A DNA stretch of 64,000 bases, from positions 5,056,001 through 5,120,000 of the forward strand of contig CAWIAD010000002.1 in assembly GCA_963833985.1 (NCBI GenBank). The letters run 5' to 3'. The first letter of the stretch is position 1, and each line of letters begins with the position of its first letter. The position numbers and the translations under genes were made by a program. Positions 44,687-55,662 of this stretch are shown here, one piece after another. Under the pieces are notes generated by a model. That model worked only from the letters and a program-made list of their open reading frames with translations. It was not told the origin of the DNA and ran no database searches. Source of the DNA: an uncultured Planctomycetaceae bacterium. Lineage in GTDB: Bacteria; Planctomycetota; Planctomycetia; Isosphaerales; Isosphaeraceae.

Positions 44687-46303
44687 TCAATGAGGGTCGA
44701 GGTGCGAGGCCACCGCGGCCATCATCTCGCGGTCAAGCCGACGTGCCAGTTCCCCGTCGAGAATGGTGCCATGGTCGCGATTGGGGATGATCTCGACCAC
44801 GGCATCGCTCTTGAGCCGCTCCAGCTCGTCTTTGAGAAGCTGGACGGCTCCCTCGAGGTAGAAGGTGTCCATGCCGCCGGTGATCACATGAATCTTGCCG
44901 CGCAGCCTGGGACCGCGATCGTTCCAGTTCCGGTGCAGGACCAGGCGGATGTCGTAAGCCTCCCATGCTCGGGCGACTTCCGGATCGATGGCGCCGGTGT
45001 CCCGGTTCCACAGCTTACGCGGCTGACCATCGCTACCCGGCGGACTGAAGACCGCCTCGAACGAGCCGAGCTGTCCGCCAGGTCCGAGGGTCTCCTCCAG
45101 CTTCGAGAAGCGGTCGTAAAAGATGGCGGGGACAGTCCCCATGCGCGCGATCGGCCGGCTCTTGCCCTCGCGATCGCGGAACATGTTCTCACCTGTTTCG
45201 TAAATATTGATCTTCTGGAAGTCACGAAAGTCAACAGGGTCGGGGCTGGTGGACCAGGTGCCGCCAAAGAAATCGGGATACGTCACCTGGAGCCAGAGGC
45301 TGCTCCATCCTCCCGAGGAATGGCCGTTGAGCAGGCGCGCTCGCGGGTCCGCGATGAGCGGATACGTCTTCTCCAGATAGGGAATGAACTCCTCGATGAG
45401 GGCGCGGCCGCGCGGGCCGTTGCTGGCGCTGTCGGCGAAAACGTGGTGCCCCGTACCGCAGTCAGGGTCGAGCACCACCCGCACAAGGTTTCCGGCGTAA
45501 CTCATCCGGGTGCTGCTGATGAACACCCTGGCCATGTGATGATCGCCGCCGAACCCGGGAATGATGTAGACCGCGGGCAATTTCTTCTTCGGCAGCCTTT
45601 CCGGCAGGATCACCGCGGCACGATGCTTGATCGGCCGATGATAAAAGGCGCTCAGAAGCGGGCTCTCCAGCTCGGCGAGCTTGATGCGATCGCTCTCCGC
45701 GAACGGGCGGGGTGGAACGAGCCGGTCGACCTCCAGAGTGATCGTACGGGTCGTCCGGGGATCGATGGCTGCCTGCACGACGGGCCCGTAGGCATTTCCC
45801 TCACCCGTGCCCAGGCTGTGCGTATCCGGGTTGAGACGCACCACGGCCTGAATGGCGTAGTCTCCTGCCGGCAGAGTATCGAGGGGGCCGGGGTAACCGC
45901 TGGCGGCCGAATCGATCCGGACCGGTCTTGCTGGCTTCCAGTCCCGGACATCGCTCGCGAAGAACGGATGCGGCTGGAACCAGTCAGGCCCAAGGCGCGG
46001 CTCGGGTCCCGACTTGCCGGGCCTCAGGAACACGTACACGCGGCCCGTGATCGGCCGCGACCCCAGTATTGCCGGATAGCCGACCTCGAATGCGAGTGCC
46101 GTCCGCGCTGCGGTCTTGCCACCTGCCGCGTCGGTTCTCGAATCCGGCGCCGGGGCCGGAGTCTTCACGACCTGCGCGGGGACCGATCCGGCCCAAGAGC
46201 CCGGAGCGAGGATTGCGAGCAGTGCCACACTCCAGGCGGCTCGTCGTTGTCGGCCGCCCGGTCGAGCGGGCCCGGTGAGGGAATGAGGCAATCTCCGTGG
46301 CAT
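44687..46303 (-). CDS. Secreted alpha/beta-hydrolase (putative esterase family)
   Basis: Signal-like N terminus; GHSSGG nucleophile elbow, DTFYLE and RDHG motifs. Confidence 0.85.
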   Translation of the reverse strand: MPRRLPHSLTGPARPGGRQRRAAWSVALLAILAPGSWAGSVPAQVVKTPAPAPDSRTDAAGGKTAARTALAFEVGYPAILGSRPITGRVYVFLRPGKSGPEPRLGPDWFQPHPFFASDVRDWKPARPVRIDSAASGYPGPLDTLPAGDYAIQAVVRLNPDTHSLGTGEGNAYGPVVQAAIDPRTTRTITLEVDRLVPPRPFAESDRIKLAELESPLLSAFYHRPIKHRAAVILPERLPKKKLPAVYIIPGFGGDHHMARVFISSTRMSYAGNLVRVVLDPDCGTGHHVFADSASNGPRGRALIEEFIPYLEKTYPLIADPRARLLNGHSSGGWSSLWLQVTYPDFFGGTWSTSPDPVDFRDFQKINIYETGENMFRDREGKSRPIARMGTVPAIFYDRFSKLEETLGPGGQLGSFEAVFSPPGSDGQPRKLWNRDTGAIDPEVARAWEAYDIRLVLHRNWNDRGPRLRGKIHVITGGMDTFYLEGAVQLLKDELERLKSDAVVEIIPNRDHGTILDGELARRLDREMMAAVASHLDPH

Positions 46304-46392
46304 GAGGCACACCTCAATTCGAATCGAAGGGGAATCGGAAGGCAAGCTGCGACGCGTCGTGGGACCGCTGCCGGAGGACGTTCCTCCGCCCC

Positions 46393-46977
46393 TCACGGAC
46401 CGAGCAATACGGGTACGGGCAAGAGCGGGTAGTCCTTCAGCAGCAGCTCCGGGGAGAAGCGGGACACCGCCGTGAAGTGACGTGCCGCGAGGCGCGCCGA
46501 TCCCATCACACATTCCTTCTCCAGGACGTAATAAGTATTGTATTGATCAATCGTTTGATTGGTCGGCTCGAGGTTCAACTTCCACAGGAAGTCCGTCCAG
46601 CGCGCATTGAACCGCTGCACGCTGGCGACCAGGTCGCGGGCCACGGCCCGCTGGCGGCGAATGCTGACGCCGATCTCTGCCCACTCGGGCGGGTCGAGGT
46701 CCGCAAGCCGCCAGAGCGAATCAATGGGTGCAGTGAAGACGTCGCGTCCGTCATCGGGCCCGGTCGCCACGCGCGACCACTGCCGCAGCCTGAGTTTGAC
46801 CATCTCCAGGAGCCGCTTTCGCTCTGTGGCGCATCGGGCGTGAACGCGCCGCAGGGCGTGCTCCAGGTCCTGGCCGCGCCGGGCGAACGCCGGAACGTCG
46901 AACAGTCCGAGCAGCTCCTTGATCTCGGAGTCCACGCTCACCGAAGGCCCGGCATCGAGGGCGTCCTCCTCGTTCAT
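46393..46977 (-). CDS. Hypothetical protein
   Basis: 194-aa ORF with high GC3 in the minus-strand gene run. Confidence 0.7.
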   Translation of the reverse strand: MNEEDALDAGPSVSVDSEIKELLGLFDVPAFARRGQDLEHALRRVHARCATERKRLLEMVKLRLRQWSRVATGPDDGRDVFTAPIDSLWRLADLDPPEWAEIGVSIRRQRAVARDLVASVQRFNARWTDFLWKLNLEPTNQTIDQYNTYYVLEKECVMGSARLAARHFTAVSRFSPELLLKDYPLLPVPVLLGP

Positions 46978-47137
46978 CCGGATGCCCTTCCGCCAGCAAG
47001 ATCCGGCGCGGCGGATGGGGGCGCGCTGGTGCTCGCCCGCAGCAGTGGGGTGGCTGATGGCACGTGGAACAGGCCAGATGGCAAAGGGTGCCTGCCAGGG
47101 CCAAGATAATCAACACCTTTCGCGTGCATCATTCCGA

Positions 47138-48719
47138 TCATTTTCCGCGTGGGGGTGGTTCCGGAAGTGTCACCAGCGTATTGAGGCTGCGGCGATAGTG
47201 CCAGAGCTGGTGCTGGGTCCCCACGGCCGCGGTGCGCCGCGTCCACGCCTGCGACAGCTCGCGCAGGGCTATTTGTGGATCGCTGCCCGAGAGCGCGGCA
47301 ACACGCGCTTTCGCGAGGTCCTGGAGGTAGAGTTGGGCATCCGGGATCCGCAGCCCCGGGACGACCCTTTCGGCCATGAGAGTCCGGCTGATGGCATCGG
47401 ACCATTGATGGGAATCGACGTCGGGTGCGGAAATCGGGTCCGGCAGGCCGCGGCCCATCTGAGAGCCTGCGCACCGGCACCATGGAGAAGCTGGCCTCTG
47501 AGCGGAGACGATTGGCGTTATCGGGGCTTGCCAGATAGCGTGCCAGGTCAAGTGCGGCGTCGAGCCGCTGGCCGGATAGCCCCCGCTTGATTCCCACCAG
47601 CCAGCCTCCGCCGTGAGGCAGGTAGCTCGGCGCGTTGGGTTCCGACGGAGTCTCCCACTGCTTCCGCTGGGGCTCGAAGACCCGTTCCGATCCGGGCAAA
47701 GGCGCAACACCCACGGGATGCCCCCCCGACCAGGCGCGAAACTGCTCCGCCCGGTCGATCAGCAACGCGACCTTGCCAGTGCGAAAGGCCGCTCGGGCGG
47801 CCGGCCCGTCGAATGTATTGCTGCCCGCGGGCCCCATACGCTTCCAGGCCAGCACGCCGCGCAGGGCTTCCACGAACGGCGGCTCATCGATCCGCGGCGC
47901 CATGGACTCGGCATCGAACAGAAAGGAATACTGGTCACGATGCTGACCCAGGGCCGCGGCTCGGGCCAGGAAGGTTGCGTTTCCCAGGCCCTCGGCATCC
48001 TGGTCCAGGACCGCGGCAATGCCGTGATCGGCGGCTCCATCGCCGCTCCAATCGCGGCCCTCGAAGAACGCGGCCAGCGCGTCCAGTTGAGCCCAGGTCG
48101 AGGGAGCCTGAAGCGCGACCCCCGCCTGCCGCGCCGCGTCGAGATTCGCCGGACGGGAAAATGCGTCACGGCGATAGATCAGGACAAGTGCAGACCCTCC
48201 CAGCGGCAGGGCCATCCGGTCGCTGCCATACTTCGTCACCTGTTCGCGAAACGCAGGAGCAATGTCCCGGTACTGGAAGAGCTCGACAGGAGACTCTTCC
48301 GCGGGCTCGCTCCGCACCGTCCTCGCGGGCTCGCCTTCCGGCGGAGGCGGAGGCAGGACGGCCTGGTTGGGGATGGACTCGAGTGCCTGGGAATCCACCA
48401 GCCTCCCCATCTCCTGGCCCGGGAAGATGAGCAGATCAAGCTCGCCGAGGTTCACGACGACCTCGTTCCGGATCTCGATCTTGCCTCCGCGTGAAGCTTC
48501 CCACTCTCCGCGCTGCGCTGAGAGACCCGTCAGGATCGCGGGCTCACCCAGGCTGCCGACGGTAAGCTCGACTCCTGGAAACCGTGGTTTCTCCGCGGTA
48601 TCTGGTCTGACCTGGTTCGCGTCCGAGCAACCGTTCGCAGCAAGAAGGCACAAGCTTGCCAGCATCAAGACCGGCCGCGTCGTCAGCAATGAGATCAAGC
48701 GAAAGGGCAATCGAAACAT
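47138..48719 (-). CDS. ABC-type extracellular solute-binding lipoprotein, sugar-type (frameshift near 47470)
   Basis: Lipobox LAANGC; LVLIYRRDAF, PSTWAQL, FRTGKVAL and GGGW motifs. Confidence 0.8.
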
Positions 48720-48847
48720 CCCGGGCTCCTGGCAGTCAGTTCGCGATCACTCAATCGTAATGGGCCGCGCCGCGGTCGGTCAATTCGCCGATGTCGGGTG
48801 TGGGGCGGTGGCAGGAGTAGGGACCAAGGCGAGATGAGACGGCAACG

Positions 48848-48883
48848 AAAAAGGGCGAGGAACCCCGAAAGGTTCCCCGCCCC
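48848..48883 (-). terminator. Rho-independent terminator
   Basis: GGGCG/GGAACC...GGTTCC/CGCCC hairpin followed by a T-run on the minus strand, about 45 nt after the stop at 48929. Confidence 0.7.
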
Positions 48884-48928
48884 GTCTCTTGATGCCGAAC
48901 CCAGGTGCGCCGAGTGCATCGCGCCGGC

Positions 48929-49612
48929 CTAATGGTCGATGCCCAGCCGGTAAAGCAGTTCCTCGAACTGATCGCGATGCTCATCATCGGTCGAGTGCAG
49001 GTGCTCGGCCTCCGAGATGAAGCGCAGAGTGTCGTCGCGCTTGAGGCCGTGCTGGAGCAAGACCTCCTCGAAGGGCTCGAGGTCGTGAGCGTAAACGAAC
49101 AGCAGCTTGTGCTCGTCGAACTGAACCTCCATGGGTCCGCTGGGATTCAGCGCGGCCAGGCCGGCGCAGCCGTCGTTGAGGAGGAGCGATTCGTAGTCGA
49201 AGAGGTGGCTCTTGAGAATCACCGTGTCGATGTGCTCACGATACATGTCCGCGTGGGAGCCCGGCTCTGACTCGTGGCTCGATTCCATGACCACGTCGAC
49301 CACTTCACCGAGGGGATCAAGCAGGTCCACGAAGACGTCGAAGAGACGCTCGGCCGAGACCGACGCGGCAAGTACCGGCATCTTGTTGCCGGTTTCGGGG
49401 TCGCTGTAAACGTCGCGGCGATAGCCCTCGCGCGGGACCACCTCCAGCCCGATGGACGGGCGCACGGCGTCCGTCAGCAAAAAGTCCCCGTAACGTCCGA
49501 CGCGGAGATGAGCATCAAGCTGTTCCTCACTGAGGTCGTCAAAGGTTGTGCGGGGCATGCGCGTGGGATTGTTGCGAAGAACACGCTCGAGGAAGCGTTG
49601 AATGAAACTCAT
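48929..49612 (-). CDS. Hypothetical protein
   Basis: MSFIQRFLER...; acidic, His-containing motifs (EVQFDEHK, EAEHLHS); high GC3; RBS upstream and terminator downstream. Confidence 0.8.
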   Translation of the reverse strand: MSFIQRFLERVLRNNPTRMPRTTFDDLSEEQLDAHLRVGRYGDFLLTDAVRPSIGLEVVPREGYRRDVYSDPETGNKMPVLAASVSAERLFDVFVDLLDPLGEVVDVVMESSHESEPGSHADMYREHIDTVILKSHLFDYESLLLNDGCAGLAALNPSGPMEVQFDEHKLLFVYAHDLEPFEEVLLQHGLKRDDTLRFISEAEHLHSTDDEHRDQFEELLYRLGIDH

Positions 49613-50380
49613 GGAAAGGGCTCCCCTCCTAAACCGCGTCGTACTAAAGGGAATGTTTCGATGAATGTCCTCGGCCACCGCGCCAAGCGGTCCTGGAGCT
49701 TGCACTCCAGGCTTGACCATCCCAGGCGTCCGCTTGACACCGCGCCCAAAGGGAGCCGAAACCCACCCCCGGGGACGGTCGCCTTTCCGTTGGCAACGCT
49801 TCACTGCCGCTCTGGTTACTATACCATGCGTGGCACCCGCATCCCGCCTATGTTGCCAACCTTACTGAAGTGAACTCAAGGATAAGATCGTTGTCCGCAG
49901 GTAATGCGTCAGAATCTCCCTAATTCGTATCCCATCCCGCCTTCGGTTTCCAGTTGGTGGACACCACAAGCAATTCAGATACCGCACTCGCGCTCTGTGC
50001 GGGAAGAACCGTCGTCCGGCCCGTTCCCACAAAAACTTGAGTCAAGTTTTGGAAAATATGAACCCTGGCCGGGAATAGTCAACCCTTCGAATTCCGTGGC
50101 TCTATTTTGTAAAGCTTGCCGGGGGGACCACAAGCCTTCGGATCGAAAAAACAACGCGCGTGGATTCCGTGAAGCAAGCCGGCAGGCAACGGACGGCGAG
50201 ACGAGCACGGTGGCCCGTACCCGAGGAGTCGCTCTGCCTAAGCACGCGTGATATACTGAGTCGACCCTCGGTTCAGGCCGATTTCGCGGTGCCGTCAAGC
50301 CGCTCGCGTGAAGCGTTGCGGCCTCATGGTGAGGGCACCAGAACTCCTGATTTGCCAGGTACTTGGAAAGGTGGTTGCTG

Positions 50381-51757
50381 ATGGCGCTCGAGCCAGTCGA
50401 CACGTTTCTCCAGAAGCATCGTGACGATTTCGAGGCACAGCTCAAGGACCTGATCCGGATTCCCAGCATCAGCGCCCAGCCGGATCACGACGGCGACACC
50501 GCGCGGGCGGCCACCTTCGTACGTGATGATCTGGCGGCGATGGGGCTGAAGGCCGAGCTGATCACGACCAGACGCCATCCCCTGGTCTACGCGGAATGGC
50601 TCGGCGCTCCGGGCAAGCCCACGGTACTGGTTTACGGCCATTACGACGTCCAGCCTCCGGAGCCGCTGGAACCCTGGCTCACGCCGCCCTTCGAGCCGAC
50701 GATCCGCGACGGGAACCTCTACGCCCGGGGCGCCACCGACGACAAGGGCCAGATGTTCACCCACCTGAAGGCGGCCGAGGCCTGGCTGAAGACCGCAGGC
50801 AAGCTACCGGTGAATGTGAAGTTCCTCATCGAGGGAGAGGAAGAAATCGGCGGGGCCAATCTCGAGGAGTATGTGGCAGCCAATCCGGCCCGGCTTGCAT
50901 GCGACTATGCGGTGATCTCCGACACCAGCCAGTTTGCGCCCGGGATGCCAGCCATCACCTATGGACTGAAGGGACTGGCTTACTTCGAGATTCAGGTTCA
51001 GGGTCCCAATCGCGACCTTCATTCCGGCACCTACGGCGGCGCAGTGGCCAACCCGCTCAATGCCCTGGCCACGATCCTGGCAAGTTTGAGGGGCCCTGAC
51101 GGCAAGGTCCGCGTTGCAGGTTTTTATGACGCCGTCAAGCCGCTCGAAGCATGGGAGCGTGCCGAGTTCGCCAAGCTGCCGTTCTCCGAGGACGCGTTCC
51201 TGGCCGACCTGGCTGCGCCAGAACTTGTTGGAGAGGAAGGCTACACCACGCTCGAGCGGAAATGGGCCCGGCCGACTTGCGACGTCCACGGGCTCTTCGG
51301 TGGTTACTCCGGCCCCGGACCGAAAACAGTCCTACCCTGCAAGGCCGGCGCCAAGTTCAGCTTCCGGCTGGTGCCCGACCAGGACCCCAGGACGATCGGC
51401 GAGCTTGTGCGGGCCCACCTTCGCAAGGTCGCTCCGCCAGGCGTGACGGTGGAGCTGATCACTCACCAGGGAGCGCCCGCCGTCCTGGTGAACGTCGATA
51501 CGCCGGGTGTTCGCGCCGCCGTGCGGGCGATCGAGACCGGCTTCGGAACCAGGCCGGTGTTCATCCGCGAGGGTGGATCCATTCCGGTCGTCGGGCTGCT
51601 CAAGCAACATCTCAAGGTCGACACGCTGCTTCTGGGCTGGGGCCAGAACGACGACAATCTGCACGGACCCAACGAGAAACTCTCCCTGGCCGATTTCCAC
51701 AAGGGCATCAGGGCCAGCGCTCATCTGCTCCAGGAGCTCGCCAGCGAACCGGCCTGA
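50381..51757 (+). CDS. M20/M25/M40 metallopeptidase (dipeptidase type)
   Basis: YGHYDVQP, ARGATDDKGQ, EGEEEIG, DLHSG, GGSIP and HGPNEK motifs. Confidence 0.95.
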   Translation: MALEPVDTFLQKHRDDFEAQLKDLIRIPSISAQPDHDGDTARAATFVRDDLAAMGLKAELITTRRHPLVYAEWLGAPGKPTVLVYGHYDVQPPEPLEPWLTPPFEPTIRDGNLYARGATDDKGQMFTHLKAAEAWLKTAGKLPVNVKFLIEGEEEIGGANLEEYVAANPARLACDYAVISDTSQFAPGMPAITYGLKGLAYFEIQVQGPNRDLHSGTYGGAVANPLNALATILASLRGPDGKVRVAGFYDAVKPLEAWERAEFAKLPFSEDAFLADLAAPELVGEEGYTTLERKWARPTCDVHGLFGGYSGPGPKTVLPCKAGAKFSFRLVPDQDPRTIGELVRAHLRKVAPPGVTVELITHQGAPAVLVNVDTPGVRAAVRAIETGFGTRPVFIREGGSIPVVGLLKQHLKVDTLLLGWGQNDDNLHGPNEKLSLADFHKGIRASAHLLQELASEPA

Positions 51758-51795
51758 TCGGCCGCGGCGCGGACTTGGACAATCAAGGTACACCC

Positions 51796-53088
51796 ATGCT
51801 CGATCTCAAATACGTCATCGCCAATACCGAAGCCGTACGGCAGAACTGCCGCAACCGCAACGTCCCTGCCGAGGCTCTCGAAGATATCGATCGCGTGGTC
51901 GCGCTCGAGTCCGAGCGGAAGACCTTGCTGTCGGCCGTTGAAGAGATCCGCCGCCGCCAGAACGAAGTCGCCCAGGCCACCGGGCGGGAAAAGGATGCAG
52001 AGAAGCGCGCCGCACTCATCGACGAGGGGAAGCGTCTCAAGGGAGAGGTGAGCGACCAGGAAGACCAGCTGCGCGTCATGGACGATGAGATCCGCCAGCG
52101 GCTGCGCAGGGTCCCCAATCTGACACACCCCGACGCTCCGGTCGGGCTTTCCGAGAACGACAGTCGTGAGCTGCGCCGAGTCGGCGCTCCGCGCACCTTC
52201 GATTTTCCCGTCAAGGACCATGTCGAGCTCGGCAAATCGCTCGACCTGATCGACTTCGAGACGGGGGGCAAGGTGGCCGGCACGGGGTTTTACTTCCTCA
52301 AGAACGATGCCGTGCTCCTGGAACTGGCGCTCCAGCAATTTGCCGTCCGAACGCTGATCGACGCCGGCTTCACTCCGATCATCACGCCCGACCTGGCCCG
52401 CAACAGCATCCTCGAAGGCATCGGCTTCACGCCCAGGGGCGAAGAGACTCAGGTCTACTCGATCGAGGAGAGCGATCTCAGCCTGGTGGGAACCGCGGAG
52501 ATCACCCTGGGCGGCATGCTGGCTGATGAACTGCTCGAGGAGAGCCAATTGCCCATCCGTTACGTGGGGTTGTCCCATTGCTTCCGCACCGAGGCCGGCG
52601 CGGCGGGGCGCGCCAGCCGGGGATTGTACCGGGTGCACCAGTTCTCGAAGGTGGAGATGTTCGCGTTCACCACGCCGGAAGCCTCGGGGCAGGTGCACGC
52701 CGAGATGCTGGCGATCGAGGAGCAAATCTTCCAGGCACTGGGCATCCCCTACCGGGTTCTGGATATCTGCACCGGCGACCTGGGCGGCCCGGCCTACCGC
52801 AAGTTCGACCTGGAAGCCTGGATGCCCGGCCGGGGAGACGCGGGCGAGTACGGCGAGGTCACCAGTACCTCCGACTGTACCGACTACCAGGCCAGGCGGC
52901 TCAATATTCGCTACAGGCCAGCCGGCCAGAAGGGAACGCGGCTGGTGCACACGCTCAACGGCACGGCCGTCGCCATCTCGCGGGCCCTGATCGTGATCCT
53001 CGAAAACTACCAGCGCAGCGATGGCCTCATCGACGTTCCCGTCGTTCTCAGACCCTTCCTCGGAAGAGACCTGATCGGCAGGACGTGA
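51796..53088 (+). CDS. serS: Serine-tRNA ligase
   Basis: GTAE, CFRTEAG, RGLYRVHQFSKVE, DLEAWMPG, CTDYQARR and HTLNGTA motifs. Confidence 0.98.
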   Translation: MLDLKYVIANTEAVRQNCRNRNVPAEALEDIDRVVALESERKTLLSAVEEIRRRQNEVAQATGREKDAEKRAALIDEGKRLKGEVSDQEDQLRVMDDEIRQRLRRVPNLTHPDAPVGLSENDSRELRRVGAPRTFDFPVKDHVELGKSLDLIDFETGGKVAGTGFYFLKNDAVLLELALQQFAVRTLIDAGFTPIITPDLARNSILEGIGFTPRGEETQVYSIEESDLSLVGTAEITLGGMLADELLEESQLPIRYVGLSHCFRTEAGAAGRASRGLYRVHQFSKVEMFAFTTPEASGQVHAEMLAIEEQIFQALGIPYRVLDICTGDLGGPAYRKFDLEAWMPGRGDAGEYGEVTSTSDCTDYQARRLNIRYRPAGQKGTRLVHTLNGTAVAISRALIVILENYQRSDGLIDVPVVLRPFLGRDLIGRT

Positions 53089-53153
53089 GAGCCGGGGTAC
53101 CGCGGAAGTGACATGAGGCCGAGCAGAGGCTGCGTTGATCGCGAGGTAGGCCC

Positions 53154-54530
53154 GTGCGAAACCCGCTCCTGGTTCCCGACCTGCGCGAACTGATCCAGGG
53201 CGGGGAAGTGACCGCGCTGCGCGAGTTCATCGAAGACCAGCACCCCGGGCGGATCGCCGAGCTGATCGAGGACCTCGAAGCCGACGACGGCGACGCCCTC
53301 TTCCGGATTCTCCTGCCCCGCGACCGCGCCGAGGTCCTGAGCTACCTCAATACCGAGGCGCAGGACCGGATCGTCGAATCCATGCCCGCTCAGGAAGCGG
53401 CCGAGTTGCTGCATCACATGTCGCACGATGAGCGGGCCGACCTGGTCAACAGGCTCGACGAGGATTTTGTCGACGTGGTACTGCCCCACCTGGCGCAGGC
53501 CGAACGCGAGGACATTCGCCGCCTGGCCAGCTACGAGCCGGGCACCGCCGGTGCGGCCATGACCACGGATTATGTCACCTTGCCGGCACACATCACCGTG
53601 CGCGAGGCGCTGGATCGCCTGAGGCACGACGCTCCCGATCGCGAGACCATCTACTACTGCTACGTCGTGGACCACAATCGCCGGCTCATCGGTTTCGTGT
53701 CGCTCAAGAACCTGATCCTGTCGCGCCGGTCCGCACTGATCGAAGACATCATGCAGCGCGACGTCATCTTTGGCCGCCTCGACGAGGATCAGGAAGCGGT
53801 GGCGCGGCAGATCGACAAGTACGACTTGCTCGCCCTGCCGATCGTCGACTCCACGGGCCGGCTCGTGGGCATCATCACGCACGACGACGCCATGGACATC
53901 CTCCGCCAGGAACAGACCGAGGACATCCTCAAGTTCGGCGGCGTCTCTCCCGATCCCGAGGCCGATACGGCGCCCTACTGGCAAAGCACGGTCATCGACG
54001 TGGTCCGGCGGCGAATCAAATGGCTCTTGATGCTCTTTGTTGCCGAGAATCTGACTTATCCGGTGCTCGAGTATTACAACTGGATGATGGACCCGAAGCA
54101 CTTCCCCGCGCTGAATTTCTTTCTCGCACTGATGCTCGGGACCGGAGGCAACGCCGGCAGCCAGACGGTCGGCACGATCATTCGTGGAATCGCGCTGGGA
54201 GAGATCAAGGGCCGCGACACCGGGCGAGTCCTGCTTCGGGAATGGGCCATTGGTGTCTTTCTGGGTCTGATGCTCGGCACGGTGGGGCTCTTCTATGCCC
54301 GCTACTGGCGCGGGCAGCCGTGGGGCATTGCCGTGGTGGTTGGCTTGACACTGCTGGGTATTTGCATCTGGGCCAACACCATCGGCGCCCTGGTGCCCTT
54401 GCTGGCCCGCAGGATGGGCATCGACCCGGCCGTCATCTCGGCGCCGTTCATCAGCACCCTTGTGGACGCAACCGGCCTGGTCATCTACTTCAGTACCGCG
54501 ATCCTGCTCTTGATCCGCATGTCGCACTGA
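53154..54530 (+). CDS. mgtE: Magnesium transporter MgtE
   Basis: N-domain + CBS pair + TM region with GTGGNAGSQ and DPAVISAPFISTLVD. Confidence 0.96.
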   Translation: MRNPLLVPDLRELIQGGEVTALREFIEDQHPGRIAELIEDLEADDGDALFRILLPRDRAEVLSYLNTEAQDRIVESMPAQEAAELLHHMSHDERADLVNRLDEDFVDVVLPHLAQAEREDIRRLASYEPGTAGAAMTTDYVTLPAHITVREALDRLRHDAPDRETIYYCYVVDHNRRLIGFVSLKNLILSRRSALIEDIMQRDVIFGRLDEDQEAVARQIDKYDLLALPIVDSTGRLVGIITHDDAMDILRQEQTEDILKFGGVSPDPEADTAPYWQSTVIDVVRRRIKWLLMLFVAENLTYPVLEYYNWMMDPKHFPALNFFLALMLGTGGNAGSQTVGTIIRGIALGEIKGRDTGRVLLREWAIGVFLGLMLGTVGLFYARYWRGQPWGIAVVVGLTLLGICIWANTIGALVPLLARRMGIDPAVISAPFISTLVDATGLVIYFSTAILLLIRMSH

Positions 54531-54561
54531 GGCCCGGTCTCGATTGTGCCATCCGGGTTGC

Positions 54562-55491
54562 TCACGAGTTCGGGTAGATCCGCCCATGCAGCCGTGACGT
54601 GGCCCACTGAGGCCGGCGCCGGAACCATACGAGATCCACCGCGTGTGCGTGATAGGTAAGCCCCAGCATCCGCATGACCACCATCCCCTCGTACAGGAGG
54701 AATACCCAGAAGGCCCAGAGGGCCACGGCTTCCATCCACATCTTCGGCATCCGGAAGAGTAGGCCGTAGACGCCCAGGGCCGCCAGCACCGCGGCGACAC
54801 TGGCAACAAGGCAAGGAAGCAGGTAGGCCCAGCCCACGCGGAAGATGGCGAGGAACACGGTGACGGGGTTGGCGGCGATGATCGTATCGTGCAAGAGGGC
54901 CGCCGCCAGCGCCATCTGGCCAAAGGCCGTTCCGGCGATGACCAGGTCGATGATCACGAACCCGTGCAGCCAGTCGATCTTGTGGACGTAGGCCCAGTAC
55001 AGGACCACGGGCAATCCCCCGATCGCCACACCCTGGATGACGGCCCAGAGCCAGCGGAAGATTCCCTCGGAGATCTCGGCCGGGTGCCATTCTGGCCAGC
55101 GGGGATGATCGTTTTCCCCCATGGCGCTGGAGACCAGCACGTATCCCAGGAACAGCAGCACGTATCCCAGCGTCATCACGAAGCTGAACATGAGCGGCAG
55201 GAAGACGGGCAGGACCGCCAGCCCGAGTGCCCAGTTGCTCTTGGTCTGGTCCAGAAAGGCGATGAAGTCGAAGATCGGCAGCGAGAGCCCCCACAAAGCC
55301 GGCGGAAAGAGCACGAGCAGACCCAGCCCGGGACCATCGGAAAGGGGGTAGAGCAAGCACTCGCCAAGACCCGGCATGACCCGCGGATGCCGCCACCGCA
55401 AGGCGGCATACGAGACTTCGCTGTCGGAACGGGCGACCACGCGGAGTGCCTGTGAGCCTTCGGGGTCGTACCATCGCTTCGGTCTGGCCAT
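54562..55491 (-). CDS. Multi-pass membrane protein of unknown function
   Basis: About six hydrophobic segments; 309 aa. Confidence 0.75.
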   Translation of the reverse strand: MARPKRWYDPEGSQALRVVARSDSEVSYAALRWRHPRVMPGLGECLLYPLSDGPGLGLLVLFPPALWGLSLPIFDFIAFLDQTKSNWALGLAVLPVFLPLMFSFVMTLGYVLLFLGYVLVSSAMGENDHPRWPEWHPAEISEGIFRWLWAVIQGVAIGGLPVVLYWAYVHKIDWLHGFVIIDLVIAGTAFGQMALAAALLHDTIIAANPVTVFLAIFRVGWAYLLPCLVASVAAVLAALGVYGLLFRMPKMWMEAVALWAFWVFLLYEGMVVMRMLGLTYHAHAVDLVWFRRRPQWATSRLHGRIYPNS

Positions 55492-55662
55492 GATCTCCTC
55501 GGCACGACGGGGGCGACATGAACTCCGGGCTTGTGGAGTCCGGACTCCGCGATCGGGCCAGTGAGTCAGGGATGGCCAGAGGCCTCGATCGCGGCAACAC
55601 CCAAGAACTTAGCAGACGTGATGCCGCGGATGCGATACACAAATGCGCCAGACCGCACAGGG

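Noticed and set aside
44317..44690. Small minus-strand ORFs between the esterase and HAD genes
   Set aside because: Two competing frames, no motif or clear RBS; neither can be supported
53089..53153. M-box Mg2+ riboswitch before mgtE
   Set aside because: The gap is only 65 nt; mgtE appears co-transcribed with serS
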